A stretch of DNA of 64,000 nt from Ignavibacteriota bacterium. Its GTDB lineage: Bacteria > Bacteroidota > Ignavibacteria > UBA10030 > CAVZMI01. The translations under genes and the position numbers were made by a program. The stretch spans positions 448,001 through 512,000 of the forward strand of contig CAVZMI010000023.1 of NCBI GenBank assembly GCA_963776275.1. Direction: 5' to 3'. Under the pieces are notes generated by a model. It made no database searches. It had not been told where the DNA came from and saw nothing but the letters and a program-made list of their open reading frames with translations. Positions 1 through 10,801 of the stretch are shown piece after piece (within the stretch, counting starts at the first letter, position 1; each line of letters begins with the position of its first letter).

Positions 1-437
1 AAGCGTATGAGAAACTCAAAGACATAATCGCCGGGCTCAATGCAGAGGAAATGCTTGCTAAACCCGCCCCAGGAAAATGGTGCATCCAGGAGATTCTCTT
101 TCATCTCATGGATAGCGAAATTGTGGCCGTCGAACGAATCAAACGGATCATAGCCGAGGAAAATCCGTTTCTTCCTTCATACGATCAGGAAAAATTTGCA
201 GCGCACCTTCAGTACACTGCACTCGATCCGAAAGGAGCCATCGTGACGTTCGGTATGCTCCGCGAAACCACAAGCGCTCTCCTCGCGATGCTGTCTGACG
301 AAACCTGGAATCGAAAAGGGAATCATGAACAACGAGGATCGATAACTCTCGTCGAATATTTTAGACTGATGGTGACGCACGGCGAAAAACATATCGATCA
401 GATTCTCGCAATCCGGAAGAACATTCTGCATAAATGA
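1..437 (+). CDS. DinB/YfiT-like (DinB_2) putative metalloenzyme, 5'-truncated by window edge
   Basis: PAPGKWCIQEILFHL..., H-x3-H near C-terminus (HGEKH); frame is open from base 3 up to the ATG at 51. Confidence 0.85.
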   Translation, partial: AYEKLKDIIAGLNAEEMLAKPAPGKWCIQEILFHLMDSEIVAVERIKRIIAEENPFLPSYDQEKFAAHLQYTALDPKGAIVTFGMLRETTSALLAMLSDETWNRKGNHEQRGSITLVEYFRLMVTHGEKHIDQILAIRKNILHK

Positions 438-584
438 CGCATCGGTTTTTCTATACTTGAGGATGATATTGAAATCTCGTATCTTCTCATCCGTCACCAG
501 TCTTTTCCATTCAATGGAGGGTTTGAGCATGCAATCTGTGTCTTTCTTTCTCCGTATCGTTTAACCAAAATAAAGGTTCTGCAA

Positions 585-914
585 ATGGATAAAAATCTCG
601 TCACAACCGCTTTTACAGTCGATGGATACAGAATCATAAGAAATTTAGGACTCGTCCGCGGTATCACGGTACGTTCGCGATCGATTTTCGGCACTATCGG
701 TGCGGCGTTCCAAACACTCGGCGGCGGTAATATTTCACTCTTTACTGAATTATGTGAGCGGGCCAGAGAAGAAGCATTCGAAGTAATGCTCCTACATGCT
801 CAGCAGATGGGAGCAAACGCCATTGTCGGAATGCGATACGATGCAAATAATGTCATGGACGGTGTAACAGAAGTTCTTGCATACGGGACAGCCGTCGTTG
901 TCGAAAAAATTTGA
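585..914 (+). CDS. ybjQ: YbjQ/UPF0145 family protein
   Basis: 109 aa, GLVRG...GG....[11 protein letters not shown]...[11 protein letters not shown]...EVLAYGTAV signature. Confidence 0.93.
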   Translation: MDKNLVTTAFTVDGYRIIRNLGLVRGITVRSRSIFGTIGAAFQTLGGGNISLFTELCERAREEAFEVMLLHAQQMGANAIVGMRYDANNVMDGVTEVLAYGTAVVVEKI

Positions 915-936
915 TCATTTTGAATGGAATCATCCT

Positions 937-2655
937 ATGGATATTTCAAATAAGGCGGTTCTCGTTCTAGGCGGATGGGGCCTTGTCGGCTCGGCAATCT
1001 GCCGGAAGTTGATGCTGCATTCACCGAAGAGAATCATCGTCACCTCGCTGATGAAATCCGAAGCTCTGGAAGCCGTGGCGCAATTGCGCACCGAATATCC
1101 CAAGATGCGGAAGAATTTTTTTATCCCATGGTGGGGAAATATTTTTGTCCGTCATGAATTCAAGGATATGAACCGGGAAGAAATTCTTTCTGATCATAAA
1201 AACCGGATAAAATTCATCGAAGACATTATCGAGGAGCTCACCCCCGAGCTGTTCGAACGTTCGGCACTCTATCAGCTTCTGCTGAAGTATAAACCGGATA
1301 TCGTTATCGATTGTATCAATTCAGCGACAGCGATCGCCTATCAGGATATTTTTCAGGCTGCACGATCCGTTGTGCATGCACTTCATGAATCGGAGAAATC
1401 GAAAAAAACGGCCGACACGCTGTTCGAAGAAACCGAACGCCTTCTCTGCACACTCTATATCCCGCAGTTGATACGACACGTTCAAATTCTTTACCGGTCG
1501 ATGAACCTGGCGGGGACGAAGGTCTTCGTTAAAATCGGAACGAGCGGCACGGGCGGTATGGGATTGAATATCCCGTACACACACAGCGAAGAACGCCCTT
1601 CCCGTGTCCTTCTAAGCAAATCAGCTGTCGCAGGGGCGCATACGCTTCTTATGTTCCTGATGGGACGGACTCCCGATGCGCCGATCACCAAGGAAATCAA
1701 ACCTACGGCCGCAATAGCATGGAAAAAGATTGCCTTTGGAGAGGTGAAGAAACGCGGGAAAGCGGTTCCGCTTGTCGATTGTCCCGTTGAACATGGCGTA
1801 ACGCTGAAAGGAACGCTGAAGTTAAGGATGGACAATGCCGGACTGCCGGTGAACGAGACATTAAAGTCTGTTTTTATCGATACCGGCGAGAACGGCATTT
1901 TTTCACGCGGTGAGTTCGAAGCCATATCCACTCCCGGCCAGATGGAGTTTGTAACACCGGAGGAAATCGCCGAGGATGTGTTATTCGAAATTCGCGGCGG
2001 CAACACAGGACACGACATCATCAATGCTCTTGACAATGCGACGCTGGAACCGACATATCGGGCGGGTTTTCTTTTCAACAGCGCAATGAACAAGATGAAA
2101 CAGCTGGAGAAGGAACACAATGTGAGCAGTATTGCCTTTGAGATGCTCGGTCCGCCGCGATTATCAAAATTACTCCACGAGGCCAATCTCCTCAGGATCG
2201 GGTACAGTGACGTGAAATTGGTTCTCCAGACCGATGCACGGAATCTTTCGGCGAAACTATCCGAGATCGTTCAGACAAATTCCGATCTCCGGACGCAGAT
2301 CATTTCCATTGGAATTCCCATTCTCATGCCCGACGGAAAAACACTCCTCCGTGGAAATGAAATCAAGGTGCCTTCCCGACCGAGTAGGGAAGAGAACGAG
2401 CTGAAAATCACTTCGGCGGCAATCGATACCTGGGCGCACGACGGCTGGGTTGATCTTCGTCCTGAGAATATGAATACCTGGAAGAAGAGACTCTCTTTAA
2501 TTGTAAATGAGGTCATGAGCCTTTCAGAGACGGACACGAGTTCCCGGTTTATGCGGACGTCCGAGTACTGGGATCGGTTCCAATCCATCGATCCCGGGAA
2601 GATTGTCGGCTGGATATTCACGGAGGAAGAAAAAGGGCTGCGAATGAAGTCTTAA
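937..2655 (+). CDS. Large Rossmann-fold (short-chain dehydrogenase-like) protein of unknown function
   Basis: VLVLGGWGLVG dinucleotide-binding loop right after ATG 937 (preferred start); KIGTSGTGGMG motif. Confidence 0.7.
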   Translation: MDISNKAVLVLGGWGLVGSAICRKLMLHSPKRIIVTSLMKSEALEAVAQLRTEYPKMRKNFFIPWWGNIFVRHEFKDMNREEILSDHKNRIKFIEDIIEELTPELFERSALYQLLLKYKPDIVIDCINSATAIAYQDIFQAARSVVHALHESEKSKKTADTLFEETERLLCTLYIPQLIRHVQILYRSMNLAGTKVFVKIGTSGTGGMGLNIPYTHSEERPSRVLLSKSAVAGAHTLLMFLMGRTPDAPITKEIKPTAAIAWKKIAFGEVKKRGKAVPLVDCPVEHGVTLKGTLKLRMDNAGLPVNETLKSVFIDTGENGIFSRGEFEAISTPGQMEFVTPEEIAEDVLFEIRGGNTGHDIINALDNATLEPTYRAGFLFNSAMNKMKQLEKEHNVSSIAFEMLGPPRLSKLLHEANLLRIGYSDVKLVLQTDARNLSAKLSEIVQTNSDLRTQIISIGIPILMPDGKTLLRGNEIKVPSRPSREENELKITSAAIDTWAHDGWVDLRPENMNTWKKRLSLIVNEVMSLSETDTSSRFMRTSEYWDRFQSIDPGKIVGWIFTEEEKGLRMKS

Positions 2656-2876
2656 CTCTTTTACAAAAGAAAAATTTTAAAATATCAATGATGTCATTCC
2701 AGCGTGCCGACCGTGTCCTGCATTCATCGAGCCGGATTAGTCCTCTGTAAGAGAATTATCTATTTGACTGACAGTGGAATTTTTGCGGTATTCGAACCAA
2801 AGTACAGCCCGGCAATTCAATTCCGTAATAATAATTCACTTCTCTTCTTCAGAAAAAATCTATATCTTGTAGTGCT

Positions 2877-5800
2877 TTGAATTATTTTTATTACTCACAT
2901 AACTTTGGATACGCGATGGCGGTACCATCTTCAAAAACGATTCATTATCCAGTATACAGTCGTGTCCGATATTTATGCAAGACTATCATACTTATTCCGT
3001 GTATTTTTTTCTGTTTTACTTCAACCGGACGTGCGCAGGACTACCAAACTAAGAACGTCCTTATCCTTGTCGAAGGAAATACAGATCTGAAAAACCGTGC
3101 CATGGGCGACGGCCGTCAACTTGCAGCACTGATGGGACATTTTAATACCGTAACAACCGTTAAAGGAGTCAATCAATATACCCCAAATGAGCTCGAGATA
3201 TACGACATCACGTTCTACATCGGTTTCACTGCAACGAATTCTGTCCCGGCAAAATTCCTCAATGATGTTTTTTCCACTTCGAAAGATATTTTTTGGATCA
3301 ATACAGGATTCATTGATTTTTGCAGGCGATATCCCGTCCGAAAAAAATTCGGATTTTCAGTCGCTAATCTCGATTCGGTGAGCGTCTTTGACGAAGTACA
3401 GGTTGGCTCGAAAATGTTCGGAAAAGGGGAACCGATCACCGCGGTCATAGAGATTTCCGAACGGAATGCCGTGTCGATTCTTGCAACCGCGGTCTCATCA
3501 CGCCGCCACCGCGATACGCCCTATCTTGTCAAATCACGCAACCTTACTTTTATCGCAGATTCACCCTTTGCATCGGCTAGTGAAAGCGATCGTTACATAT
3601 ACTTCGCCGATTTACTGCACGATGTGCTGCAACAGCCACACGAGCAGTCACACTCGGCACTGTTACGTATCGAGGATGTTACCCCGCTGGATAATCCAGA
3701 TCGCTTGAGAGACATTGCCGATTTCCTTTCCGGACGCGATATCCCTTTTCTTGTGGGTGTGATTCCATTCTATGTCGATCCATCGGCAGGAATTCGTGTC
3801 AGTCTCTCCGATAAGCCCGACATGGTCGATGCTCTCAAGTATATGGTTAAGAACGGCGGCACTATTGTGATGCACGGTGTAACCCATCAATACAAAGGCA
3901 CCACTGCAGTCGATTTTGAATTCTGGGATGAGATGACGAATAAACCGATTAAAGATGAAACACCCGAATACATCGCACACAAACTCGAGACAGGCATTCA
4001 GGAATTCATGCGGAACGGTCTCAACCCTTTAATCTGGGAAACACCCCATTATACCGCCTCGTTCACGCTGTATTCGACGGTAGCAAAATATTTCAGTACA
4101 GCATGCGAACAACGCTTGTCGATAGAGGATTTTGATTACAGTCAGCAATTTCCATATGTAATTCAGAAGGATCTTTTCGGTCAACGTATTTATCCAGAAA
4201 ATCTAGGGTACGTCCCCCTCGATTCCAATAAGGATGTCAGCCGCGGGTACGTTGAGACAATCATTAAGAATGCAAAGATAAATCTTGCTGTTCGTGACGG
4301 ATTCGCCACCGCATTTTTTCACTCGTTTCTCGATATCGACTTGCTGGAGGAGCTCGTTAACGGTATCCAGAAAGCAGGCTACACATATATAGATCTGAGT
4401 GAACATGTAAACTGGGTCAAGACGAAAGATCGTATAATTCTCTCCGGAAATCAGGATTATACTCTCGAGCTCAACGATCAATACCTTCTTGAAACATATT
4501 ATGATCATAACGGCGAAATAAAAGACCAGAAGATCTCGGAGAAACGGATACTGGGAAAAGTTACAAAATCGATTATCCTTGAACCGGGCGAGTTCTACAA
4601 AGCGGAACCGACGGAATTCCGCGAACGCCCGGCAACGATTGTCGATAATGTTGTCCATCAGGCAGAAAAACTCTATGAATCGATATTTACATCCGAGGAA
4701 AGCTGGTCTGATGCCCGCGTGGCAATTCTCTGGAATCATTTTGCAAAAGGTGCGGCCTTTAACGATCAGGCCTCATTCGCTGAGGTGTTTCGGGCGGTAA
4801 ATATCAACGTCGATACAATTTTTGTCGGCCAGCCCATACATCTCTCTGCCTGTAATTTACTGATCGTCCCATACGCTTTTGTCGATTCATTGAAACACAC
4901 TGATTATGACATTCTCACCCAGTTCGTGAATCAAGGTGGAGACATCATTACCGATACACGAAACGATCTCGCGGAGGAGCTCGGCATTCAGTTTACGCCA
5001 ACACGTCTCCGTGTCAGCCACATACGCGATCGTTTTTTTCCCGAGGAACGAATTGCCTGGCAATATCCGGAGCTTGTGACGAAATTCGAAACATCGGATA
5101 TCGATGAAGTATTTTGTTCCGACGAGGTTACGGAGGCTCCTCTGGTCATCGGAAAAAAGGTGGGGAAAGGACGGTTCATTTTCTTTGCAACCCGTTTCGA
5201 TTCATATTCACAGTATGGCACAAGTCAATATCCATACTTGCTTGAATATGTCAGGAAATATTTCCATGTCCGCCCCATCGTCCGGCGCGATTTGCTCGAA
5301 GTCTATTTCGATCCGGGATTCAGGCACACCTACAGTATTGAACAACTGGTGAGACAATGGGTAAATTCCGGGATCCGGACCGTTCAAGTAGCAGGCTGGC
5401 ACGAGTATCCAAAATACACATATGATTATGAGCGATTGATACGCCTGGCCCATGCAAACGGTATCCTGGTATATCTCTGGATCGAACCGCCACAGGTGAG
5501 TCAGAAATTCTGGGCTGAACATCCCGAATGGCGTGAGAAGAACTATAAGATGGAAGATGTCCGTCCTTCGTGGCGCTATCCGGTTTCTTTGACCGATGAC
5601 AAATGCCTTGCGGCGATGGTGAACGAATATAAAAACCTTCTTGACCAATTCGACTGGGATGGTGTCAACCTTGCAGAATTATATTTTGAAGCAGCCAAGG
5701 GATTCGACGATGCAAAATATTTCACACCGATGCATCCTTCGGCACAAAAAGAGATTAAGAACAGATACGGAATCGATCTCACGGCAATTTTCAATCCGCA

Positions 5801-6917
5801 GTCTCCCTACTACTGGAAATCGAATCCCGCCGTGAAAAAAACTATTGTGGAATACCGCATCCAACGGTTGAAGGAGGTATACGAAACTTTTCTCTCGGTT
5901 ATTGCCGACTATGCAAAAGACAGAGAGGGATTCTCGACTCTGGTCACGGCTATGGATAGTCATGGATCGCCTGAACTTCGCGAGTATCTCGGCGTCGATA
6001 TAGGCATTATCCTGGAACTTCAGAAGAAATACCATTTTTCATTACAGGTCGAAGACCCGGAATACCTCTGGTCCACTTCACCGCTCCGATATATCGAAAT
6101 AGGAAAACGGTACAAATCGCTTGTCGAAGATTCAACGAAGCTCTACCTAGATCTGAACATCGGACCGTTCCGTAAAAAAGAAGCCGTGATTCCTTTCCCT
6201 ACATTGATCCAGACAGGCACCGAGAGTTTCCTGCTTGTGAAAGCGGCATCACTCGGCGCACAGCGTTCGACAATATATTCCGAAGCAAGCATTAATCCGC
6301 AAGATCTCGGCTTCATGGCCAATGCGTTGGCGGGCGAAGTGCAGTACAAACTGAATAACAACCGTTATGACGTTGAATCGCCATATTCTTTTACTCTCAA
6401 ACTTCCGACATCGATCCAGGAAGTAAGCGTCGACGGGATTCCAGTATCGCCGTTCCGCGACAATGTGTATATCATCCCTGCCGGTCGGCACAAGATTGAT
6501 CTCTCGCCCGAAGCGGTCACCTCATTTTCAACGCACGAGCTTCAGTCACGGATCATGTCGATTTCCGCCAATCTTCTCATTGTATCGTACGGATTACGCG
6601 ACGTTAAATTCACGTATGAATCGGATATGCGGACACTCGCGTCGTTCAACCGTACGCCGACTTCGGTCAGTGTCGATGGAAGGAAATATAATTTCATCGC
6701 TATGAAAGGAAACGACTGTTACACGATCTTTCTCCCTCCGGGAAAGCACTATGTCGAGCTTGTGGCAGGCGATCAATTTTCCTATGGAGTGAATCTGACG
6801 AGTCTCTGGTCATCGACCTTCATCGCCATATTCGGATTCATTGCAGTATCGTTATTAATTGTCATGTACATCTTTTTGAAAGTTATTAAACGTCAAAGCG
6901 AAATCACAAGAGCATAA
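2877..6917 (+). CDS. Exported DUF2334 (YdaL-like polysaccharide deacetylase) fused to a putative glycoside-hydrolase TIM barrel, with C-terminal TM anchor
   Basis: Signal peptide; LRIEDV, MHGVTHQ, WETPHY, YPENLGYV, FFHSFL (NodB-type deacetylase motifs); FDWDGVNLAELYFE GH-like region; terminal hydrophobic helix. True start may be a little downstream (2916). Confidence 0.75.
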   Translation: MNYFYYSHNFGYAMAVPSSKTIHYPVYSRVRYLCKTIILIPCIFFCFTSTGRAQDYQTKNVLILVEGNTDLKNRAMGDGRQLAALMGHFNTVTTVKGVNQYTPNELEIYDITFYIGFTATNSVPAKFLNDVFSTSKDIFWINTGFIDFCRRYPVRKKFGFSVANLDSVSVFDEVQVGSKMFGKGEPITAVIEISERNAVSILATAVSSRRHRDTPYLVKSRNLTFIADSPFASASESDRYIYFADLLHDVLQQPHEQSHSALLRIEDVTPLDNPDRLRDIADFLSGRDIPFLVGVIPFYVDPSAGIRVSLSDKPDMVDALKYMVKNGGTIVMHGVTHQYKGTTAVDFEFWDEMTNKPIKDETPEYIAHKLETGIQEFMRNGLNPLIWETPHYTASFTLYSTVAKYFSTACEQRLSIEDFDYSQQFPYVIQKDLFGQRIYPENLGYVPLDSNKDVSRGYVETIIKNAKINLAVRDGFATAFFHSFLDIDLLEELVNGIQKAGYTYIDLSEHVNWVKTKDRIILSGNQDYTLELNDQYLLETYYDHNGEIKDQKISEKRILGKVTKSIILEPGEFYKAEPTEFRERPATIVDNVVHQAEKLYESIFTSEESWSDARVAILWNHFAKGAAFNDQASFAEVFRAVNINVDTIFVGQPIHLSACNLLIVPYAFVDSLKHTDYDILTQFVNQGGDIITDTRNDLAEELGIQFTPTRLRVSHIRDRFFPEERIAWQYPELVTKFETSDIDEVFCSDEVTEAPLVIGKKVGKGRFIFFATRFDSYSQYGTSQYPYLLEYVRKYFHVRPIVRRDLLEVYFDPGFRHTYSIEQLVRQWVNSGIRTVQVAGWHEYPKYTYDYERLIRLAHANGILVYLWIEPPQVSQKFWAEHPEWREKNYKMEDVRPSWRYPVSLTDDKCLAAMVNEYKNLLDQFDWDGVNLAELYFEAAKGFDDAKYFTPMHPSAQKEIKNRYGIDLTAIFNPQSPYYWKSNPAVKKTIVEYRIQRLKEVYETFLSVIADYAKDREGFSTLVTAMDSHGSPELREYLGVDIGIILELQKKYHFSLQVEDPEYLWSTSPLRYIEIGKRYKSLVEDSTKLYLDLNIGPFRKKEAVIPFPTLIQTGTESFLLVKAASLGAQRSTIYSEASINPQDLGFMANALAGEVQYKLNNNRYDVESPYSFTLKLPTSIQEVSVDGIPVSPFRDNVYIIPAGRHKIDLSPEAVTSFSTHELQSRIMSISANLLIVSYGLRDVKFTYESDMRTLASFNRTPTSVSVDGRKYNFIAMKGNDCYTIFLPPGKHYVELVAGDQFSYGVNLTSLWSSTFIAIFGFIAVSLLIVMYIFLKVIKRQSEITRA

Positions 6918-6922
6918 TTTCT

Positions 6923-8198
6923 ATGTCGGTTCTTGAAGTCGATTTAAGTTTCCTGTTCGTTGTTGCAGTCATTCTTATCTGGTTTATGATAGCTTACCAG
7001 TTTATTCTGACTGTCTTTGGATATTTTAACTATCTAAAATCACTAAAAGAAAAATCGGCAATCGATACCGGAGTGATCGAATTTCCGACATGTTCTATTC
7101 TCATTCCTGCACATAACGAAGAAAAGGTGATCGGAGCGACAATCGAATCGATGCTTAAATTGAATTACCCGAAGGATAAGCTCGAGATCATTATTATCAA
7201 CGACGGGTCGAATGATTCCACAAAAGACATCATCAAACGATATGCTGCCCGCGATAGCCGGATCGCCCTTTTTAATGTACCGAAAGGAGAAGGAGGAAAA
7301 GGAAAATCACGAGCCCTCAATCTCGGCATTCAAAAGGCCCACTCGGACGTCATCGCCGTCTTCGACGCCGACAACACACCGGACCCTGAGTCGCTGAAAT
7401 ATCTTGTCGCCAACCTTATTATGAACCCGGAGCTCGGGGCTGTTCTGGGGAAATTCCGCACGGTGAACAAGAACCACAACATGCTCACAAAATTTATCAA
7501 CGTCGAAACGCTCAGTTTCCAATCGATGCTTCAGGCCGGACGGTGGCAGATGCATCATATCTCCACGCTGCCAGGAACAAACTATGTCATATGGAACAGT
7601 CTTATTAAAAAATTGAACGGGTGGGATGAAGAGGCGCTGACCGAGGACTCCGAACTAAGCATCCGCATATATCTTGAAGGATATAAAATCAAATATGTCC
7701 CCTATGCCATAACGTACGAGCAGGAACCGCAGAAATGGAATGTGTGGGTGAAACAGCGGATGCGGTGGGTGCCGGGGAAATAATTATGTTATCTCAAAAT
7801 TTTTTAAGAAAATCCCTCTTCTTAAAAACAAGCGGCTTGCGTTCGATCTTCTCTATACTCTTTTATTATATTACGTTTTCTTTGTTGCGATGATCATTTC
7901 CGATTTCCTTTTCATTATCGGTGCGCTTAACCTTGTCAGCATGGCGCTCCCCGGTCCATATACGGTGGTCTGGATCATGGCCTTTATCCTTTTTCTCTTC
8001 GAAATAATGTTGGCGATCTCCTATGATGACGAAGACAGCGTAAAGAAGATCGGCTTACTGGTTTTGATGTATATATCCTATTGCCAGCTCTGGATGTACA
8101 TCGTTATCAAGGCGATCTATCAGGAGTACATTAAAAAAGAGAAGCGGACATGGACGAAGACGGTGCGATTTGATGTTCCAACGGCCGGTGGTAAGTAG
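6923..8198 (+). CDS. GT2 processive glycosyltransferase (YdaM/IcaA-like); single +1 frameshift at ~7771
   Basis: IPAHNEE, DADN, EDSEL, QRMRW (QxxRW). Removing one base at 7768-7773 restores WVRGNN and joins ORFs 6923-7783 and 7890-8198 into ~424 aa. Confidence 0.9.
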
Positions 8199-8230
8199 AA
8201 GGGAAATAACCCACGCCTGTTCAGACAGCA

Positions 8231-8264
8231 AAGGCCCGGGAGAAATTATCTTCCAGGCTTTTTT
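8231..8264. terminator. Probable intrinsic terminator between convergent genes
   Basis: Imperfect GC hairpin AAGGCCCGGGAGA-AATTA-TCTTCCAGGCTT followed by a T run. Confidence 0.45.
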
Positions 8265-8283
8265 AATTTACTTCCCCTAAAAC

Positions 8284-9531
8284 TCACTCATACCGCAGCG
8301 ATTCGATCGGATCGAGGTTAGCGGCTTTCCATGCGGGGTACGTCCCGAAAACGATACCGACGATTGAACAGACGACAAGACCGATGACGACCCAATCATA
8401 GGGGATGATTGCGGGAACACTCATCAGCAGCGCCACTATGTTGCCGCCAAGCACACCGAGCACGATCCCGATTAGGCCTCCGAACTCGCAGAGGACGACG
8501 GCTTCGATCAGGAACTGAACGAGCACATTATTTTTTCTTGCACCGATCGCTTTTCTGATTCCGATTTCGCGTGTACGCTCGGTGACAGAGACGAGCATGA
8601 TGTTCATGATTCCCACGCCGGCCGCAAGCAGCGCAATAAAACTGATAAAACCGACGCCTATTTTCACATATTTTGTGAAATCGTTGAATTGTTTGATTAC
8701 CGAATCGTTCGAGAAAATTTCGAAATCATCGGCTCTTCCAGGTTCGACCTTCCGCTCCATACGAAGGATACCACGGACCTGTTCCATAGCATCCTCAAAG
8801 GTCTCGCGATCATTAGCCTGAACCATAATGTTGATCGATCGCAGTTTTCCATATCCCAGCATGAATGTTGTGATCGGCATAGCAACAAAATTATCCGAAT
8901 TCCCCCCCATCGAGGAACCCTGCGGTTCAATAACACCGACTACGGTATAGTTATCACCATCGATTTTTATTTCCTCGCCGATCGGGTCACCCTTCAGAAA
9001 GAGTTTTTTCACTACAGCGTCTCCCAGCACTATCACTTTCCGGGAAAGCTCGAGGTCCTGGGGCAATAGGGCGCGTCCGTCTTTTACGATCCAGTTATTC
9101 GTCGGAAACCCGCTTGGATCTTCACCCGCAACTCCGACGTTCGGATTCGTCTCAATATTCTTATATTTAACAATCTTTGCGCCCACCCAGGATTCCAATC
9201 CGACATATTTCGCCATCGTCGCTTTTTCTTTTACTGATAATCCCTGATCATATGTAATATCTTTTCGATTGCGGTATTTAAATCTCTCCATCGGTCCCCC
9301 ACCCATAAAAATCGGATATTTTTGGACCTGGAATGTATTGGCTCCGAGCTGGCTCAATCCGCTTTCAATGGAATTCTGAAGGACACCCATAGCGGTCATG
9401 ACAAGTATGATCGAGAAGACGCCGACGGCAATACCGAGCAGTGTTAGGATCAACCGGAGTTTATTCGTCCGTACGGCCGTAAGGGCCATGATCAGACTCT
9501 CTTTTATCTCGAGAATATAAACACTTGGCAT
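8284..9531 (-). CDS. ABC transporter permease, MacB/FtsX family
   Basis: LTLLGIAVGV N-terminal TM, GIMNIMLVSVTERTREIGIRKAIGA, C-terminal DPIESLRYE. Confidence 0.95.
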   Translation of the reverse strand: MPSVYILEIKESLIMALTAVRTNKLRLILTLLGIAVGVFSIILVMTAMGVLQNSIESGLSQLGANTFQVQKYPIFMGGGPMERFKYRNRKDITYDQGLSVKEKATMAKYVGLESWVGAKIVKYKNIETNPNVGVAGEDPSGFPTNNWIVKDGRALLPQDLELSRKVIVLGDAVVKKLFLKGDPIGEEIKIDGDNYTVVGVIEPQGSSMGGNSDNFVAMPITTFMLGYGKLRSINIMVQANDRETFEDAMEQVRGILRMERKVEPGRADDFEIFSNDSVIKQFNDFTKYVKIGVGFISFIALLAAGVGIMNIMLVSVTERTREIGIRKAIGARKNNVLVQFLIEAVVLCEFGGLIGIVLGVLGGNIVALLMSVPAIIPYDWVVIGLVVCSIVGIVFGTYPAWKAANLDPIESLRYE

Positions 9532-9558
9532 AAGTTTTTTATTTCACTTTAAAAAACG

Positions 9559-10782
9559 TTATTCATACCGTAGCGCATCGACAGGATCCATCTTTGCCGC
9601 ACGGTAAGCCGGTAAAAATCCGGAGACCACTCCTACAAGCAGAGAAATGACAAGAGCAATAATCACAACAGTAACCGGCATTGCAGTTGGTAGAACCTGG
9701 TCTATGATAAGCGACAGAGGAAAAGCGATGGCTACGCCGATGAGTCCGCCGATGAGACAGATCGTTGCCGACTCCATCAGAAATTGCAGCATGATTGTCC
9801 GTCGCTTGGCGCCGATTGCTTTTCGTATGCCTATTTCTTTGGTCCGTTCCGTCACCGACACATACATAATATTCATAATGCCGATCCCGCCCACAAAAAG
9901 TGAAAGACCGGTGATGAACAACCCGATTCCGGCAATGACGGCGCCGATTTGATCGAATGTCGCTTTAAGTATTTCCTGCTGATTAATGGCGAAATCGTCT
10001 TCCTTCGATGGAGGGACTTTGCGGACTTTTCGCATGATGCCGCGCAACTCTTCCTTCGCATCGTCGAGAAGCGATACATCTTTGACTTTCACACTGATCT
10101 GGATGCCGTGACGACTGCCGAACATCCGCAGCGTTTCCGAGATAGGTATAACGACGCGGTTATCCAGGCTGAAAAGTCCGAGGAAGCTTCCCTGTTTATC
10201 CAGTACACCGACAACTCTGTATCCGTTTCCATTGATGCGGATTGTTTTTCCGATCGGATCTTCACGGGTGAAAAAATTCTCCGAGATATCATAGCCGATT
10301 ACACAGACGGGCCGGCCTCCGTCGACTTCGGCGCTTGTCAAGAAACGACCGGTTAATATCGAGGCACCGGCGGTGACCGGATAATTTTCATTCGACCCTA
10401 TGATAAACACATTCTGGGAACTTAGGTTCCGATATTTAATTGTTCCCAGATCGCCGAAATTCGGCGAAACAGCAGAGGCGAGTGTCGCATTTTTTTCGAC
10501 CGCTCTCGCTTCTTTCATCCAGATTTCTTTTCGATTTCTGTATTTCCACCAATCTTCTCCGTGCATCCACGGCCATTTTTGAACATACAGCACATCGGCA
10601 CCGATGGACGAGATACTATTATTGAATGCGCGATCCAATCCCTCGATTGCGGTCCCCATCAGTGTGACCGAGACGATGCCGATTATGATGCCCAATGTCG
10701 TTAACACCGCCCGCATCCTATTGGCAAGGATGGCTCGAAAGGATATTGCCAATCCCTCCCGAAATTCCTCCAAGAAATACAT
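9559..10782 (-). CDS. ABC transporter permease, MacB/FtsX family (paralogue)
   Basis: GIMNIMYVSVTERTKEIGIRKAIGA, DPVDALRYE; start taken at ATG 10782 (MYFLEE). Confidence 0.95.
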   Translation of the reverse strand: MYFLEEFREGLAISFRAILANRMRAVLTTLGIIIGIVSVTLMGTAIEGLDRAFNNSISSIGADVLYVQKWPWMHGEDWWKYRNRKEIWMKEARAVEKNATLASAVSPNFGDLGTIKYRNLSSQNVFIIGSNENYPVTAGASILTGRFLTSAEVDGGRPVCVIGYDISENFFTREDPIGKTIRINGNGYRVVGVLDKQGSFLGLFSLDNRVVIPISETLRMFGSRHGIQISVKVKDVSLLDDAKEELRGIMRKVRKVPPSKEDDFAINQQEILKATFDQIGAVIAGIGLFITGLSLFVGGIGIMNIMYVSVTERTKEIGIRKAIGAKRRTIMLQFLMESATICLIGGLIGVAIAFPLSLIIDQVLPTAMPVTVVIIALVISLLVGVVSGFLPAYRAAKMDPVDALRYE

Positions 10783-10801
10783 TGATTCCCCGAGATACTG
10801 A

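Noticed and set aside
2656-2876. c-di-GMP riboswitch upstream of the exopolysaccharide genes
   Set aside because: No GEMM-type GCAAA/GNRA architecture could be identified by eye.
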